Shown: one piece after another, positions 41,076 through 52,652 of the stretch | How the letters are laid out: each line of letters begins with the position of its first letter | Numbering within the stretch: the first letter of the stretch is position 1 | Assembly (NCBI GenBank): GCA_902604065.1 | Contig: CACKXF010000001.1 | Span: 2,552-66,551 of the forward strand | Direction of reading: 5' to 3' | Source: an uncultured Pelagibacteraceae bacterium | GTDB lineage: Bacteria; Pseudomonadota; Alphaproteobacteria; Pelagibacterales; Pelagibacteraceae | DNA: 64,000 nucleotides | Made by a program: the position numbers and the translations under genes | The notes under the pieces: model-generated | Database searches by the model: none | What the model saw: the letters and a program-made list of their open reading frames with translations, nothing else | What the model was told of the DNA's origin: nothing

Positions 41076-41448
41076 AAGTTACTACCCCCCAAATAATTAT
41101 TTCTTGATCTTTTGCTAAAGGAATTCTGTCTGATGTTTTTTTTGATCCAGACGTTAAAAATGTTTCACCCTTTTCTTTTAAAATTGTTTTTACGACTAAT
41201 TCATCGTTAACATTGGCTATGACAGTTGAGAGATTTTTGGGATTGATGCTTCTGTCCACTATTAATAAATCACCATCATAGATTCCTACACTATTCATTG
41301 ATTTTCCCTGAACCCTAATTATAAAAGTTGCTGGTGAATTTTTTATTAGATAATTATTTAAATCTACATCGTCTTCAATGTAATCTGTTGCAGGAGAAGG
41401 AAAACCAGCTCCTACTTTATGTATATAATAAGGTATTTTAAGCTCCAT
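41050..41448 (-). CDS. umuD: UmuD, copy 2
   Basis: Identical translation to copy 1. Confidence 0.93.
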   Translation of the reverse strand: MELKIPYYIHKVGAGFPSPATDYIEDDVDLNNYLIKNSPATFIIRVQGKSMNSVGIYDGDLLIVDRSINPKNLSTVIANVNDELVVKTILKEKGETFLTSGSKKTSDRIPLAKDQEIIIWGVVTYVIHKVHN

Positions 41449-41452
41449 AAAT

Positions 41453-41497
41453 GTTCCTATTTTGTTCTTTTATAGAAAATAATATAGCTTTAGTCAA
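41453..41497 (-). promoter_or_regulatory. LexA box (41453-41467) and umuDC promoter, copy 2
   Basis: GTTC-N7-GTTC and TTGACT-N17-TATAAA. Confidence 0.85.
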
Positions 41498-41555
41498 CTG
41501 TTATATGGGGCAATATGCGTTTGGAATTAAAATAAGTTAAAAGTTAAAAACTTAG

Positions 41556-42323
41556 ATGAAAAAAATTTTAATATTTCTAGCATTATTATTAACAACTTCT
41601 ATTGCGCAAGCTGATTCAAAGCTACAAACAATCAAAAAAAATGGCGAACTAAGAGTTGGTACGACTGGAGATTGGGATCCAATGTCAATGAAAGATCCAG
41701 CTACAAATAAATATAAAGGATTTGATATTGATGTGATGAGAGAACTAGCTAAAGATATGGGTGTAAAAGTAAAGTTTGTTCCAGCAGAGTGGAAAACAAT
41801 AGTTGCTGGAATTACAGCTGACAGATACGATATTTCAACAAGTGTAACCAAAACGCCTAAAAGAGCTGAAGTAGCAGGTTTCACAGAAACGTATTTTAAA
41901 TATGGAACAGTTCCATTAGTACTTAAAAAAAATTTAAAAAAATTTCCTACTTGGGACTCATTAAACTCAAAAAAAGTTAAAATAGCTACAACTTTAGGAA
42001 CATCTCAGGAAGAAAAAGCAAAAGAATTTTTTCCAAAATCTAAACTTAGATCAATAGAGGCTCCAGCACGAGACTATCAAGAGGTTTTAGCTGGTAGAGC
42101 AGACGGAAATATTACCAGCTCACTGGAAGCAAATAAATTAATCATCAAATATCCTCAATTAGCCATAGTGCCAGATGGCGGAAAGAACCCAGCATTTTTA
42201 GCAATGATGGTGCCAAAAGGAGACAAGGCTTGGAATGATTACGTGAGTAGTTGGATTAAAAGAAAACAAACTTCTGGGTTTTTCATGACTTTAGAAGCTA
42301 AATACAATCTTAAAAGCTTATAA
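41556..42323 (+). CDS. PheC-like solute-binding protein, copy 2
   Basis: Identical translation to copy 1. Confidence 0.85.
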   Translation: MKKILIFLALLLTTSIAQADSKLQTIKKNGELRVGTTGDWDPMSMKDPATNKYKGFDIDVMRELAKDMGVKVKFVPAEWKTIVAGITADRYDISTSVTKTPKRAEVAGFTETYFKYGTVPLVLKKNLKKFPTWDSLNSKKVKIATTLGTSQEEKAKEFFPKSKLRSIEAPARDYQEVLAGRADGNITSSLEANKLIIKYPQLAIVPDGGKNPAFLAMMVPKGDKAWNDYVSSWIKRKQTSGFFMTLEAKYNLKSL

Positions 42324-42364
42324 TTTTAGTTTTAATAACTTCCATTAATTAATATAGTCAATCT

Positions 42365-43099
42365 GTGAAGATTACTAAATATTTTTTATTATTGTTTGTT
42401 CTTCAAGGGTGTAGCTCAAACTATGAATGGGGTTGGTATATATTAAGTCCAGATAATGTTGAGGGACTTACCAATCTAAAATTTCTTATAAGTGGAATAA
42501 CTACTACAATTTATATTTCAGTAATTTCGATTATTTTAGCTATGATAATAGGATTAATTATTGCTTTGCCCTCATTGTCAAAAAATAAATTTTTAACATA
42601 TTTGAATATTACATACGTAGAAATAGTACGAGCTATTCCCTTATTGGTTTTAATATTATGGATTTACTACGGCTTACCAATAATGTTAGGTGTAAGCTTC
42701 TCCCCTTTTGTCTCTGGTATTATCGCTTTAACAATAAGTGAAAGTGCTTTTCAAGCTGAAATTTTTAGAGCTGGTATTAATTCTATAAGCAAAGGTCAGC
42801 ATGAGGTTTCGGAGTCGCTTGGAATGAGTTTTTGGAAAAAAATGAGATTAGTAATTTTACCACAAGCTATAAAAGTAGTATTACCAGCTATGGGTAACCA
42901 ATTTGTATATGTTTTAAAGATGTCTTCACTTGTATCAATTATTGGAATAGCTGATTTAACAAGAAAAGCAAATGAACTTGTTACTACTACTTATAGGCCA
43001 CTAGAAATTTATACTTTTTTAATTTTAGAATATTTGGTTTTGATTTTAATAGTCTCTTATTTTGTAAGGAAATTGGAAAACAAATTAGAATATAAGTAA
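42365..43099 (+). CDS. Amino acid ABC permease, copy 2
   Basis: Identical translation to copy 1. Confidence 0.88.
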   Translation: MKITKYFLLLFVLQGCSSNYEWGWYILSPDNVEGLTNLKFLISGITTTIYISVISIILAMIIGLIIALPSLSKNKFLTYLNITYVEIVRAIPLLVLILWIYYGLPIMLGVSFSPFVSGIIALTISESAFQAEIFRAGINSISKGQHEVSESLGMSFWKKMRLVILPQAIKVVLPAMGNQFVYVLKMSSLVSIIGIADLTRKANELVTTTYRPLEIYTFLILEYLVLILIVSYFVRKLENKLEYK

Positions 43100-44446
43100 T
43101 TTTTTAAAAGATATTTTAAAGACCCGCATTAAAAAAAACGGTACAAAAGTTAAAACAATTAGTCCCATCATCCAATTTGTTATCATTATAGTGTAAAAAA
43201 TATCTTGATAACCTCCATTCTTCATATTGATTACATACCATAAAGACAAAAACGGTATTAAGGTTAGTCTAAGTATAGTCATATAAAGACTATATATTGG
43301 TCTTTTAAGCGCTTGAAACAAAGCAGAAGTTATAAAAAATACTGGATAAACTGGGCCGATAAAAGCAGCAACTTGTAGATAAAGCGCTCCATTTTGAATT
43401 ACTTGAGGATCATTAGTAAATAAAGATATTATTAGCTCCGATGTTAAGTAAATAATAATACCTGCTAAAACCATAAAGCCTGAACCAAACATTAAAGCTT
43501 TTCCGTACACTTCCTTAACTCTAAAGTGCATTTTGGCACCAAAATTTTGCCCAGCTATAGCGAGCACAGCAGTATTTAATCCTATAACTGGCAACAATAA
43601 TACTTGTTCTATTCTGACCGCTGTACCATAACCTGCCGTTGCCAACTCACCAAATTGACCAACGAAATAGAAAATATTAAATACTCCAAACATTATCATT
43701 AACATAGTAAACATTATTGGAACTGACTGTTTAAAAAGTATGCTAATGTAATCAAGCTTTGGTTTAAAACATTCTATATATAAGTACTTTTTTAATTTAC
43801 AACAGTAAACTTTATTAGCTAAATATATTAAACCTACACACTGAGCTACTAATGTGGCTATAGCTAAACCAGCAATTCCAAATGCTGGTATAAACCCATA
43901 ACCAAAAATAAATAAAGGATTAAGAAATATATTTAAGAAGAAAGTAAATATTAAAACATTTCTATAACTTTTTGTATCACCTTGTGCATTCAAAGTTCCA
44001 TTTAAAGATAATTGAATTAATACAATTATGGCACCAAAAAATATTATATCTAAGTATTCACGTGTTAAAATTATACTTTGTTCGGTAGAACCCATAATTC
44101 TTAAAAGCTCATCTGAAAAATTTAAACCAAACAAAGTTACAAAGATTGAGATAACAATTGCCAGTACTATAGACTGGGCAACGTACATAGATGCTTTTCT
44201 GTCTTCTTTAGCACCTATAGAGTTACTTATTAAAGCTGTTGTACCAGCACCAATACCAACGGCCACAGCTATTGCTATAAAATAAATTGGCCAAGATTTT
44301 GCTATTGCTGCTAGTGCTTCTGGAGAAATTTTTCCTGCGAAATAAGTATCAACTAGATTATAAAAAGTTTGAAAAAGTGATCCAGTGCTTGCAGGTATGG
44401 TTACTTTTCTTAAAAGTTGCCAAATTGAACCTCTTGTTAAATCCAT
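43085..44446 (-). CDS. MATE transporter, copy 2
   Basis: Identical translation to copy 1. Confidence 0.92.
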   Translation of the reverse strand: MDLTRGSIWQLLRKVTIPASTGSLFQTFYNLVDTYFAGKISPEALAAIAKSWPIYFIAIAVAVGIGAGTTALISNSIGAKEDRKASMYVAQSIVLAIVISIFVTLFGLNFSDELLRIMGSTEQSIILTREYLDIIFFGAIIVLIQLSLNGTLNAQGDTKSYRNVLIFTFFLNIFLNPLFIFGYGFIPAFGIAGLAIATLVAQCVGLIYLANKVYCCKLKKYLYIECFKPKLDYISILFKQSVPIMFTMLMIMFGVFNIFYFVGQFGELATAGYGTAVRIEQVLLLPVIGLNTAVLAIAGQNFGAKMHFRVKEVYGKALMFGSGFMVLAGIIIYLTSELIISLFTNDPQVIQNGALYLQVAAFIGPVYPVFFITSALFQALKRPIYSLYMTILRLTLIPFLSLWYVINMKNGGYQDIFYTIMITNWMMGLIVLTFVPFFLMRVFKISFKKLLIF

Positions 44447-44448
44447 AT

Positions 44449-45354
44449 TTAATATTCCTTTTGAAACTTATGCTTCTTTCCCGCTTTTTTAGCAAGATTA
44501 ATTTGATTTTGCCTCATTCGAAATCTTGATTTTTGCAAACTTGATAGTGTGTCATAACACCTTTCACAAGAAACACCCTCTTCATATTTTTTTGATCTCT
44601 TATCTTTTGTTGATATAGGTTTCCGACACCCTCCGCAAATTGAATAAGTTCCCTGTTTTAATTTATGCTTTAAAGAAACTCTATTATCGAAAACAAAACA
44701 TTCTCCTTTCCACAAGCTATCTTTTTTTTTAGTTTTATTGAGATAATTAATTATTCCACCTTTTAATTGAAATACGTTTTTAAAACCTTTTTTTTTTAAA
44801 AATATTGATGCCTTTTCACATCTAATACCTCCAGTGCAGAACATTGCAACAGGTTTGGTTTTTTCAATTTTACTTAAAAATTTTGGAAAATCACGAAAAT
44901 TTTGTATATTTGGATTCATTGCTTTCTTAAAAGTACCAACATTATATTCGAAGGGTTTTCTTACATCAATCACAAGAGTTTTTTTTTTTGTAATCAGTTT
45001 GTTCCAAGATTTTCCAGACAAATACCTATTATGTCTTTTGCTTTCACCATTAATTTTTAACCCAAGTGGCACTACTTCTTTTTTTATTTTTACTTTTGCT
45101 TTGTGAAATGGTTGAAAACGACTAGTAGAAATATTATTGCTATCAAAGTCTGTGAATTTAAAACTTTTTTTTAGTAATTTTAAAATTTTAGAAATATCTT
45201 TACTATTACCTGCAAGAGCTCCATTAATACCTTCTGATGATATTATTATTGATCCTCTAATACTAGTGTTTGATATTTCGTTTTCAAGATAAGTTTTATA
45301 TTTTTTTAAGGAATTAATCTTTTTAAACTTGTAAAATCCAGATATAGTAAACAT
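44449..45354 (-). CDS. trhO: TrhO, copy 2
   Basis: Identical translation to copy 1. Confidence 0.9.
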   Translation of the reverse strand: MFTISGFYKFKKINSLKKYKTYLENEISNTSIRGSIIISSEGINGALAGNSKDISKILKLLKKSFKFTDFDSNNISTSRFQPFHKAKVKIKKEVVPLGLKINGESKRHNRYLSGKSWNKLITKKKTLVIDVRKPFEYNVGTFKKAMNPNIQNFRDFPKFLSKIEKTKPVAMFCTGGIRCEKASIFLKKKGFKNVFQLKGGIINYLNKTKKKDSLWKGECFVFDNRVSLKHKLKQGTYSICGGCRKPISTKDKRSKKYEEGVSCERCYDTLSSLQKSRFRMRQNQINLAKKAGKKHKFQKEY

Positions 45355-46007
45355 TAATTTTTAATACAAATAGTTAATCCATCACCAACAGGAATTATGT
45401 TTTTTGTAACTCTTTTATCTTGTTTAACATGGTTATTAAAATCCCTAATAATATTTGTAAATTTATCGTTGTTTGCATTGTCCGCAACTTCGCCATGCCA
45501 TAATACGTTATCAATAATTATCAGGCCTTTTTTATCTATTAAATCTATACTAGTTTCGTAATAATTTAGGTAATTTTCTTTATCAGCATCAATAAAAATT
45601 AAATCGAAAGATTTTTTTGTGTCTTTTAATTCTTTTAAACTTTCTACAGCTGGTTTAATAATTTGTTTAATTCTTTTTTCATTGGCTTTAGCATAAAAGG
45701 ATTTAGCCTTACTACTAAATTCATAATTTTTATCTAAACTAATTAAAATTCCATCAAGAGGAAGTGCCATCGCCATGGATAAAGCGCTAAAACCAGTGAA
45801 ACTACCAATCTCTAAAATTTTTTTAACGTTTGAAACTTTTATTAATGTTTGTAGAAAATGCGCTTGCGATATAGATATTTGTAATCTTTGTTGATCTCCT
45901 AAACTTTTATTATGCTGAATAATTTCATTCTGAACATCTGATAGATTTTCTGAATGATTAATAATATATTGTTCAAGATTGTCAGTTAAATCTAATTTTT
46001 TAGGCAT
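45354..46007 (-). CDS. O-methyltransferase, copy 2
   Basis: Identical translation to copy 1. Confidence 0.88.
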   Translation of the reverse strand: MPKKLDLTDNLEQYIINHSENLSDVQNEIIQHNKSLGDQQRLQISISQAHFLQTLIKVSNVKKILEIGSFTGFSALSMAMALPLDGILISLDKNYEFSSKAKSFYAKANEKRIKQIIKPAVESLKELKDTKKSFDLIFIDADKENYLNYYETSIDLIDKKGLIIIDNVLWHGEVADNANNDKFTNIIRDFNNHVKQDKRVTKNIIPVGDGLTICIKN

Positions 46008-46009
46008 AA

Positions 46010-47479
46010 TTAGCCTTTTAAAAGTTTTTTTAAAATTTCGTTTGTTAATTGCGGGTTGGCTTTCCCGCCTGATTGTTTCATAACCTGTCCAACAAAAAAA
46101 CCAAATAATTTTTCTTTACCAGACTTATATTGATCAACTTTATCTTTATTCTTGGTTAATATTTCATTGATTATTTTTTCTAACTCTTTGGGATCACTTT
46201 GTTGTTTCATCCCTTTTGATTCTATTATTTTTTTTGGATTTTCTCCGCTCTCAACCATTATTTCAAAAACTTCTTTTGCTATTCTGCCAGAAATTTCTCC
46301 AGATTTTATTGATCGAACTAGTTCAGCAAAGTTTTTAGCAGAGATAGGTGAGTTAGATATATTCAGTCCTTTATCATTTAACATTGCGAATAAGTCACCC
46401 ATCATCCATGTGGCTGCAAGTTTTTTATCAGATAATTTTGCCACCTCCTCATAATAGTCTGAGATATCTTTTTCAGAAACCAGAACATTTGCTTCATATG
46501 AATTAAGTCCGTAATCGTTAATAAATCTCTCTTTTTTATTATCGGGTAACTCAGGTAAAGTTTTTTTTAATTCATCGATTAATTTTTGTTCAATTTTAAG
46601 AGGTAAAAGATCGGGGTCTGGAAAATATCTATAATCATGGGCGTCTTCTTTTGATCTCATTGATCTTGTTTCATTTTTCTTTGTATCGAAAAGTCTTGTC
46701 TCTTGGTCAATCTTTTTTCCGTCATCTAACATTTCAACTTGTCTATTTGATTCATATTCTATCGCCATTTGCATAAATTTAATTGAATTTACATTTTTTA
46801 TCTCACATCTTGTTCCAAGCTTTTTATCTCCGATTTTTCTTACTGATACATTTACATCTGCTCTTAATGAACCCTCTTGCATATTACCATCGCAGGTTCC
46901 TAGATATCTCATTATGGTTCTGAGTTTTTTTATATATACATTAACTTCATCTGGAGATCGAAGATCTGGTTTACTTACTATTTCCATTAGCGCAATTCCA
47001 GAACGGTTTAAGTCTACATAAGTATTTGTGGGATCCATGTCGTGAATGCTTTTACCCGCATCTTGTTCTAAATGAAGTCTTTCAATACCAATTTCTTTTG
47101 AACCATATGGCATATCCAATAAAACCTTTCCTTCACCAACGATTGGATTTTTATATTGTGAAATTTGATAACCTTGTGGAAGATCTGCGTAAAAATAATT
47201 TTTTCTATCAAATACTGAATTATTATTAATCTTAGCATTTAGTCCTAAACCAGTCCTAATAGCTTGGTTTATGCACTCTTTATTTATAACTGGCAGCATT
47301 CCAGGAAAAGCAGAGTCTATAAGACTTACTTGGCTGTTAGGTTCAGCTCCAAATTTAGTTGCAGATCCAGAGAAAAGTTTTGAATTTGAAGATACTTGAG
47401 CATGAACTTCCAAACCAATTATTACCTCATACTTATTTTTCTTTCCTTCTATATAATAGTCAAATTTATCTTTGCTCAT
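46010..47479 (-). CDS. gatB: GatB, copy 2
   Basis: Identical translation to copy 1. Confidence 0.97.
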   Translation of the reverse strand: MSKDKFDYYIEGKKNKYEVIIGLEVHAQVSSNSKLFSGSATKFGAEPNSQVSLIDSAFPGMLPVINKECINQAIRTGLGLNAKINNNSVFDRKNYFYADLPQGYQISQYKNPIVGEGKVLLDMPYGSKEIGIERLHLEQDAGKSIHDMDPTNTYVDLNRSGIALMEIVSKPDLRSPDEVNVYIKKLRTIMRYLGTCDGNMQEGSLRADVNVSVRKIGDKKLGTRCEIKNVNSIKFMQMAIEYESNRQVEMLDDGKKIDQETRLFDTKKNETRSMRSKEDAHDYRYFPDPDLLPLKIEQKLIDELKKTLPELPDNKKERFINDYGLNSYEANVLVSEKDISDYYEEVAKLSDKKLAATWMMGDLFAMLNDKGLNISNSPISAKNFAELVRSIKSGEISGRIAKEVFEIMVESGENPKKIIESKGMKQQSDPKELEKIINEILTKNKDKVDQYKSGKEKLFGFFVGQVMKQSGGKANPQLTNEILKKLLKG

Positions 47480-48933
47480 AACCACCAATTCTTTATTTCA
47501 TTTTTAAAATTACAATTTTTTTCAAAAGCATAAGCCACATTCAATATATTTTGCTCATCTAAAGTCTTTCCAATTAACTGCAACCCTAGTGGATAGCCCT
47601 TTTTATCTAAGCCTGCCGGTACCGATATTGCAGGTAAACCAGCTAAATTCACTGGTACAGTAAATATATCATTGAGATACATAGAAATAGGGTCATTAGT
47701 CTTTTCACCAATTTTAAATGCAGAACTTGGTGTTGAAGGTGTCAAAATAGCATCTACCTTACCAAAATTTTCATCAAAATCTTTTTTAATAAGCTGTCTA
47801 ACCTTTTGAGCTTTAAGATAATAGGCATCATAATATCCTGATGACAAAACGTAAGTACCAATTAAGATTCTTCTCTTTACCTCATCTCCAAATCCTTCGG
47901 ATCTTGTATTCTCGTACATTTCAATTAAATCATTTCCTTTTGATGATCTATAACCATATTTTACTCCATCATATCTAGCTAAATTTGAAGAAGCTTCAGC
48001 TGGTGCAACTATATAATATGTTGGCAATGCATACTTTGTGTGAGGGAGCGAGATGTCAATTATGTCAGCGCCTAATTCTTTTAAAATATTTTTTCCCTTG
48101 TTCCATAATTCGTCAATTTCTTTTGGCATATTTTCAACTCTATATTCCTTAGGTATGCCAATTTTGAGACCTTTAATATCTGTTTTCAAATTTTTTGAAT
48201 AATTTTCTTTTTTCTTTTCTATAGATGTGGAGTCTTTTTTATCAAAACCTGCCATAGCCTCTAACATGATCGAACAATCTTTAACAGATTTAGTCATTGG
48301 ACCAGCTTGGTCAAGGGATGAGGCAAAGGCAACAATTCCCCAACGTGAACATAATCCATAAGTTGGTTTTAGTCCGACTGTTCCAGTGAAAGAGGCTGGC
48401 TGTCTTATTGAGCCGCCTGTATCGGTTCCAATTGTTGCAGGAGTTAAATTTGCTGCAAGTGCAGATGCAGAGCCCCCGGATGAGCCCCCAGGAACAGTAT
48501 TCTCAGCTATTGGATTTATAACATTTCCAAAATAACTTGTTTCATTTGACGATCCCATTGCATATTCATCGCAATTCAATTTGCCAAGTAAGATAGCACC
48601 CTCTTTCCATAAATTTTCTGTAATGGTGGACTCATACTTTGGTATAAAATTTTTCAACATTTTACTACCAGCTGTAGTTTTAAATCCATCAGTACAAAAA
48701 AGATCTTTTACAGCCAACGGGATTCCTGGAAGTAAAGAGTTTATGTTCGGCTTTTTGTCGAATTCTTTTGCTTTCTGAATAGCATTTTCAAAACAGGTAG
48801 TTATATACGAGTTGAGTTTTTTGCTTTTATTTACTTTATCAATATAAAGATTAGTAAGCTCTTCGGATTTAATCTCCTTTTTTTTTATTAACTCTATAAT
48901 TTCTGATAGGTCTTTTTTTATAATTTCTGACAT
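47476..48933 (-). CDS. gatA: GatA, copy 2
   Basis: Identical translation to copy 1. Confidence 0.97.
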   Translation of the reverse strand: MSEIIKKDLSEIIELIKKKEIKSEELTNLYIDKVNKSKKLNSYITTCFENAIQKAKEFDKKPNINSLLPGIPLAVKDLFCTDGFKTTAGSKMLKNFIPKYESTITENLWKEGAILLGKLNCDEYAMGSSNETSYFGNVINPIAENTVPGGSSGGSASALAANLTPATIGTDTGGSIRQPASFTGTVGLKPTYGLCSRWGIVAFASSLDQAGPMTKSVKDCSIMLEAMAGFDKKDSTSIEKKKENYSKNLKTDIKGLKIGIPKEYRVENMPKEIDELWNKGKNILKELGADIIDISLPHTKYALPTYYIVAPAEASSNLARYDGVKYGYRSSKGNDLIEMYENTRSEGFGDEVKRRILIGTYVLSSGYYDAYYLKAQKVRQLIKKDFDENFGKVDAILTPSTPSSAFKIGEKTNDPISMYLNDIFTVPVNLAGLPAISVPAGLDKKGYPLGLQLIGKTLDEQNILNVAYAFEKNCNFKNEIKNWWL

Positions 48934-49220
48934 TATTCAATAACCTTTGGAACAACGAAAAATTCTTCGTTATTTTTTGGTGAATTTTTAAGAATCTTTT
49001 CTCTTATTTTTCCATCATCTATTTTATCTTCTCTTGACCTGAGCGGTGTGTTTAAAATTGAAGATAATGGTTCTACTTTATCAGTATTTAACTCATTTAA
49101 TTGCTCTATAAATTTGAATATAGATGTTAAATCTTTTGCTAATAAGTCAGATTTTTTTGAATCTATAGAAATTCTAGCTAACTTACTAATATGTTTAATT
49201 TTATCTTTATCTATGGACAT
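48933..49220 (-). CDS. gatC: GatC, copy 2
   Basis: Identical translation to copy 1. Confidence 0.95.
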   Translation of the reverse strand: MSIDKDKIKHISKLARISIDSKKSDLLAKDLTSIFKFIEQLNELNTDKVEPLSSILNTPLRSREDKIDDGKIREKILKNSPKNNEEFFVVPKVIE

Positions 49221-49274
49221 CTGTGATTTATGTTATTTATATAGGAAATTAATATCATAAAATATAATAAATAA

Positions 49275-49739
49275 ATGTTGGATATTGAGGAATTTAAGAA
49301 AAAACTAGACAAAAAATCAAGGCTTATAGGCATTGATCCTGGAAAAAAGCGAATAGGTATAGCTATTTCAGATGAAAATAAAATAGTCGCTACTCCATAT
49401 ACAACTATAATTAAAAAAGATTATTCTAGTTTTTTGGCTGAAATAAAGAAAATAGTCCACGAAAATACTGTTAAAGGTATTGTGGTTGGAAATCCCATAA
49501 ATATGGATGGGTCATCTGGATCCTCATCTCAATCTGCAAAAGATTTAGCATTAAACTTATCAAAAGATGTTACACAAAATATCGTTTTGTGGGATGAAAG
49601 ACTATCAAGCGAGGGGGCATTCAATTTATCTAGCAATTTAGATATAAATGTAAGTAAAAAAGTACAAAAATTAGACGAAAATGCGGCTCAATTCATATTA
49701 CAAGGGGCTTTAGATTATTTAAATAAAAATAATACTTGA
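49275..49739 (+). CDS. ruvX: YqgF/RuvX, copy 2
   Basis: Identical translation to copy 1. Confidence 0.93.
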   Translation: MLDIEEFKKKLDKKSRLIGIDPGKKRIGIAISDENKIVATPYTTIIKKDYSSFLAEIKKIVHENTVKGIVVGNPINMDGSSGSSSQSAKDLALNLSKDVTQNIVLWDERLSSEGAFNLSSNLDINVSKKVQKLDENAAQFILQGALDYLNKNNT

Positions 49740-49765
49740 TAAGATAGCACAAAAGGCCTATAGAG

Positions 49766-50719
49766 TTGATTTTAATGGCAGTAATAAAAAAGTCCTCAGC
49801 TATTAAAAACTCACCCAAACATCTTTTAGGTATTCAAAATTTATCAATATTAGAAGCTAAAAAAATTTTAAACGAGGCAAAAACTTTTATTAAATTGAAT
49901 AGAAGCAATACCAAGAAGTTGAATACTTTAAGAGGAAAAACCCAAATCAATTTATTTTTTGAACCGTCAACTAGAACACAAAGTTCGTTTGACCTGGCTG
50001 GCAAAAGATTAGGTGCTGATGTTATGACTATGAATATGAGTAACTCCGCTTTAAAAAAAGGTGAAACTCTTATTGATACGGCTATGACATTAAATGCAAT
50101 GCATCCGGATTTGATAGTTATTCGTCATCAAGACTCTGGTGCACCAAATCTACTTTCACAAAAAGTTAATTGTGCGGTAATAAATGCTGGGGATGGTAGA
50201 AGAGAACACCCTACTCAGGCCTTGCTTGATGCTTTAACAATAATAAGCCGCAAAGGTAATATTGAAGGACTTAAGATAGCAATCTGTGGTGACATACTCC
50301 ATTCTAGAGTCGCTAGATCAAATATCTATTTAATGAATATGCTTGGAGCTGAAGTAAATGTGATTGCCCCTAAAACTCTAATGCCAAAATCAATTGAAAG
50401 ATTAGGTGTTAAAGCTTTTACTAATATGAAAAAAGGCTTAGATGGATGTGACATTGTTATGATGTTGAGATTGCAAAATGAAAGAATGCAAGGATCATTT
50501 CTTCCTTCTAAAAGAGAATACTATGAGTACTTTGGTTTAACTCCAGAAAAATTAAAGTTTGCCAACAAAAATGCTTTGATCATGCATCCTGGTCCAATGA
50601 ATAGAGGAGTAGAAATAGATACTAAATTAGCTGATGATATTAATGTAAGTCTGGTGAAAGAACAGGTTGAACTTGGAGTAGCTGTTAGAATGGCATGTTT
50701 AAAATTATATTGTAAATGA
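49766..50719 (+). CDS. pyrB: PyrB, copy 2
   Basis: Identical translation to copy 1. Confidence 0.97.
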   Translation: MILMAVIKKSSAIKNSPKHLLGIQNLSILEAKKILNEAKTFIKLNRSNTKKLNTLRGKTQINLFFEPSTRTQSSFDLAGKRLGADVMTMNMSNSALKKGETLIDTAMTLNAMHPDLIVIRHQDSGAPNLLSQKVNCAVINAGDGRREHPTQALLDALTIISRKGNIEGLKIAICGDILHSRVARSNIYLMNMLGAEVNVIAPKTLMPKSIERLGVKAFTNMKKGLDGCDIVMMLRLQNERMQGSFLPSKREYYEYFGLTPEKLKFANKNALIMHPGPMNRGVEIDTKLADDINVSLVKEQVELGVAVRMACLKLYCK

Positions 50720-52002
50720 ATGAAAAAATTATAATAAACGCTAGAATTGTTGATCCATCTCAAAAATTAGATGAAATGGGTTCAGTGATTATTGATAAAA
50801 ATGGAAAAGTAAAAGCTATTGGGAAAAAAGTAACTAAAAAAGACTGTCCAAATGCTGAGGTAATTGATGTTAAAAAAAATCTAATAATACCTGGTATCGT
50901 TGATATGAAGGCATTTGTTGGTGAACCAGGATTTGAATACAAAGAAAATTTTAGAACTTTAAGTCAAGCAGCTCTTGCAGGTGGTGTAACTTCAATTGTT
51001 ACGATGCCTAACACAAAACCTATTATAGATAATGTCTCCATGGTTGATTTTATAATGAGACGTGGAAGAGATAAATCAAAAATTAATCTCTTTCCATGTG
51101 CTTCACTCACAAAACAAATGGAAGGTAAGCTGATGACAGAATTTGGTTTATTGTCAGCAAAAGGAATTATTGGATTTAGTGATGTAAACAAAACAGTTCA
51201 AAATACCGAGACTATGGCAAGAATAATGGACTATGCATCAGATATTGGTGTTTTGATTATGCAGCATGCTGAAGATTACGAATTATCGAAAAATAGATGT
51301 ATAAATGAAGGTGAAGTATCTAATAGACTTGGTTTGAGTGGAATATCACCAATAGCTGAAAAAATTATTATAGAAAGAGATCTCTCTTTATTAAGTGAAT
51401 TCCCATGTAGGTACCATATAAATCAAATTTCATCTCGGAATTCTTTAGATGTTATTAAAAAAAATAAATCAAATGGTAAAAAATTTAGTGTTGGGGTTTC
51501 AATAAATAATATTTCCCTTAATGAAAATGACATTGGGGACTTTAAAACATTTTTAAAACTATCTCCTCCTCTTAGATTGGAAGATGATAGAAAAGCACTA
51601 GTTGAGGGAATAAAAAACGGACTTATTGATGTTATAGTTTCAGATCATACTCCTGAGGATGAGGAAAGTAAAAGACTTCCTTTTGCTCAAGCAGCCACTG
51701 GTGCTATAGGTGTAGAAACTCTTCTACCGCTAGCATTAGAACTATATCATAATGAATCTTTGTCACTTAATAAGATAATTGAATGTTTAACAATTAATCC
51801 ATCTAATGTTCTTAAGATTAACAAAGGCACTTTAAAAATGGGGTCCGATGCAGATATTTGTGTTATTGATTTAAATAAACCATGGGTGGTCAAAGCAGGA
51901 AATTTAAAATCTAAGTCTAAAAATACCGCTATTGAGGATAAAAGATTACAGGGTAAAGTTTTGATGACCTTTTTGAAGGGTGAACCTGTATTTAAAACTT
52001 GA
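50716..52002 (+). CDS. pyrC: PyrC'-like protein, copy 2
   Basis: Identical translation to copy 1. Confidence 0.88.
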   Translation: MNEKIIINARIVDPSQKLDEMGSVIIDKNGKVKAIGKKVTKKDCPNAEVIDVKKNLIIPGIVDMKAFVGEPGFEYKENFRTLSQAALAGGVTSIVTMPNTKPIIDNVSMVDFIMRRGRDKSKINLFPCASLTKQMEGKLMTEFGLLSAKGIIGFSDVNKTVQNTETMARIMDYASDIGVLIMQHAEDYELSKNRCINEGEVSNRLGLSGISPIAEKIIIERDLSLLSEFPCRYHINQISSRNSLDVIKKNKSNGKKFSVGVSINNISLNENDIGDFKTFLKLSPPLRLEDDRKALVEGIKNGLIDVIVSDHTPEDEESKRLPFAQAATGAIGVETLLPLALELYHNESLSLNKIIECLTINPSNVLKINKGTLKMGSDADICVIDLNKPWVVKAGNLKSKSKNTAIEDKRLQGKVLMTFLKGEPVFKT

Positions 52003-52580
52003 AAATGGAAATTATAATTTTATCTTTATGTTCATATCTTATAGGGTCAATTCCATTTGGTTTAATATTTACTAAATTTTTTTTAAAAAAAGATGTAAGA
52101 AAAATTGGATCCGGAAACATAGGTGCTACTAATGTACTTCGGACTGGTAATAAAATTTTAGCTTTATTAACTTTAATTTTTGATATTGCTAAAGGATATT
52201 TAGTAGTTAAAATTTCTTTTATTTATTTTCCTGACTTAATATATTTGACAGGACTAATTTGTTTCATTGGTCATATTTTTCCTGTCTGGTTAAAATTTAA
52301 AGGTGGTAAAGGAGTAGCAGTTTATGTTGGTATAATTTTAGCTTTATCGTTTAAATTAGCTTTAATTTTTGGAGCCACTTGGTTAATTGTTTTATTTTTA
52401 TTTAGATATTCTTCTCTTTCATCTATCTTCGCATCATTGTCGTTAATAATTTATAATTTATTTTTTAATGATAATTTTCAAAATTTTTTTTTAATTCTAT
52501 TTTTCTTGATTATTATTTATACCCACAAACAAAATATTTTGAGAATTAAAGACAAAAGGGAAACTAAAATAAAGTTTTAA
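51999..52580 (+). CDS. plsY: PlsY, copy 2
   Basis: Identical translation to copy 1. Confidence 0.95.
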   Translation: MKMEIIILSLCSYLIGSIPFGLIFTKFFLKKDVRKIGSGNIGATNVLRTGNKILALLTLIFDIAKGYLVVKISFIYFPDLIYLTGLICFIGHIFPVWLKFKGGKGVAVYVGIILALSFKLALIFGATWLIVLFLFRYSSLSSIFASLSLIIYNLFFNDNFQNFFLILFFLIIIYTHKQNILRIKDKRETKIKF

Positions 52581-52652
52581 TTTATTAGGTTTTTTAAGTT
52601 AAATTTAAATAAATTTGACTTTTATTCCAAATTTTGAAATTAAGTCTTTAAT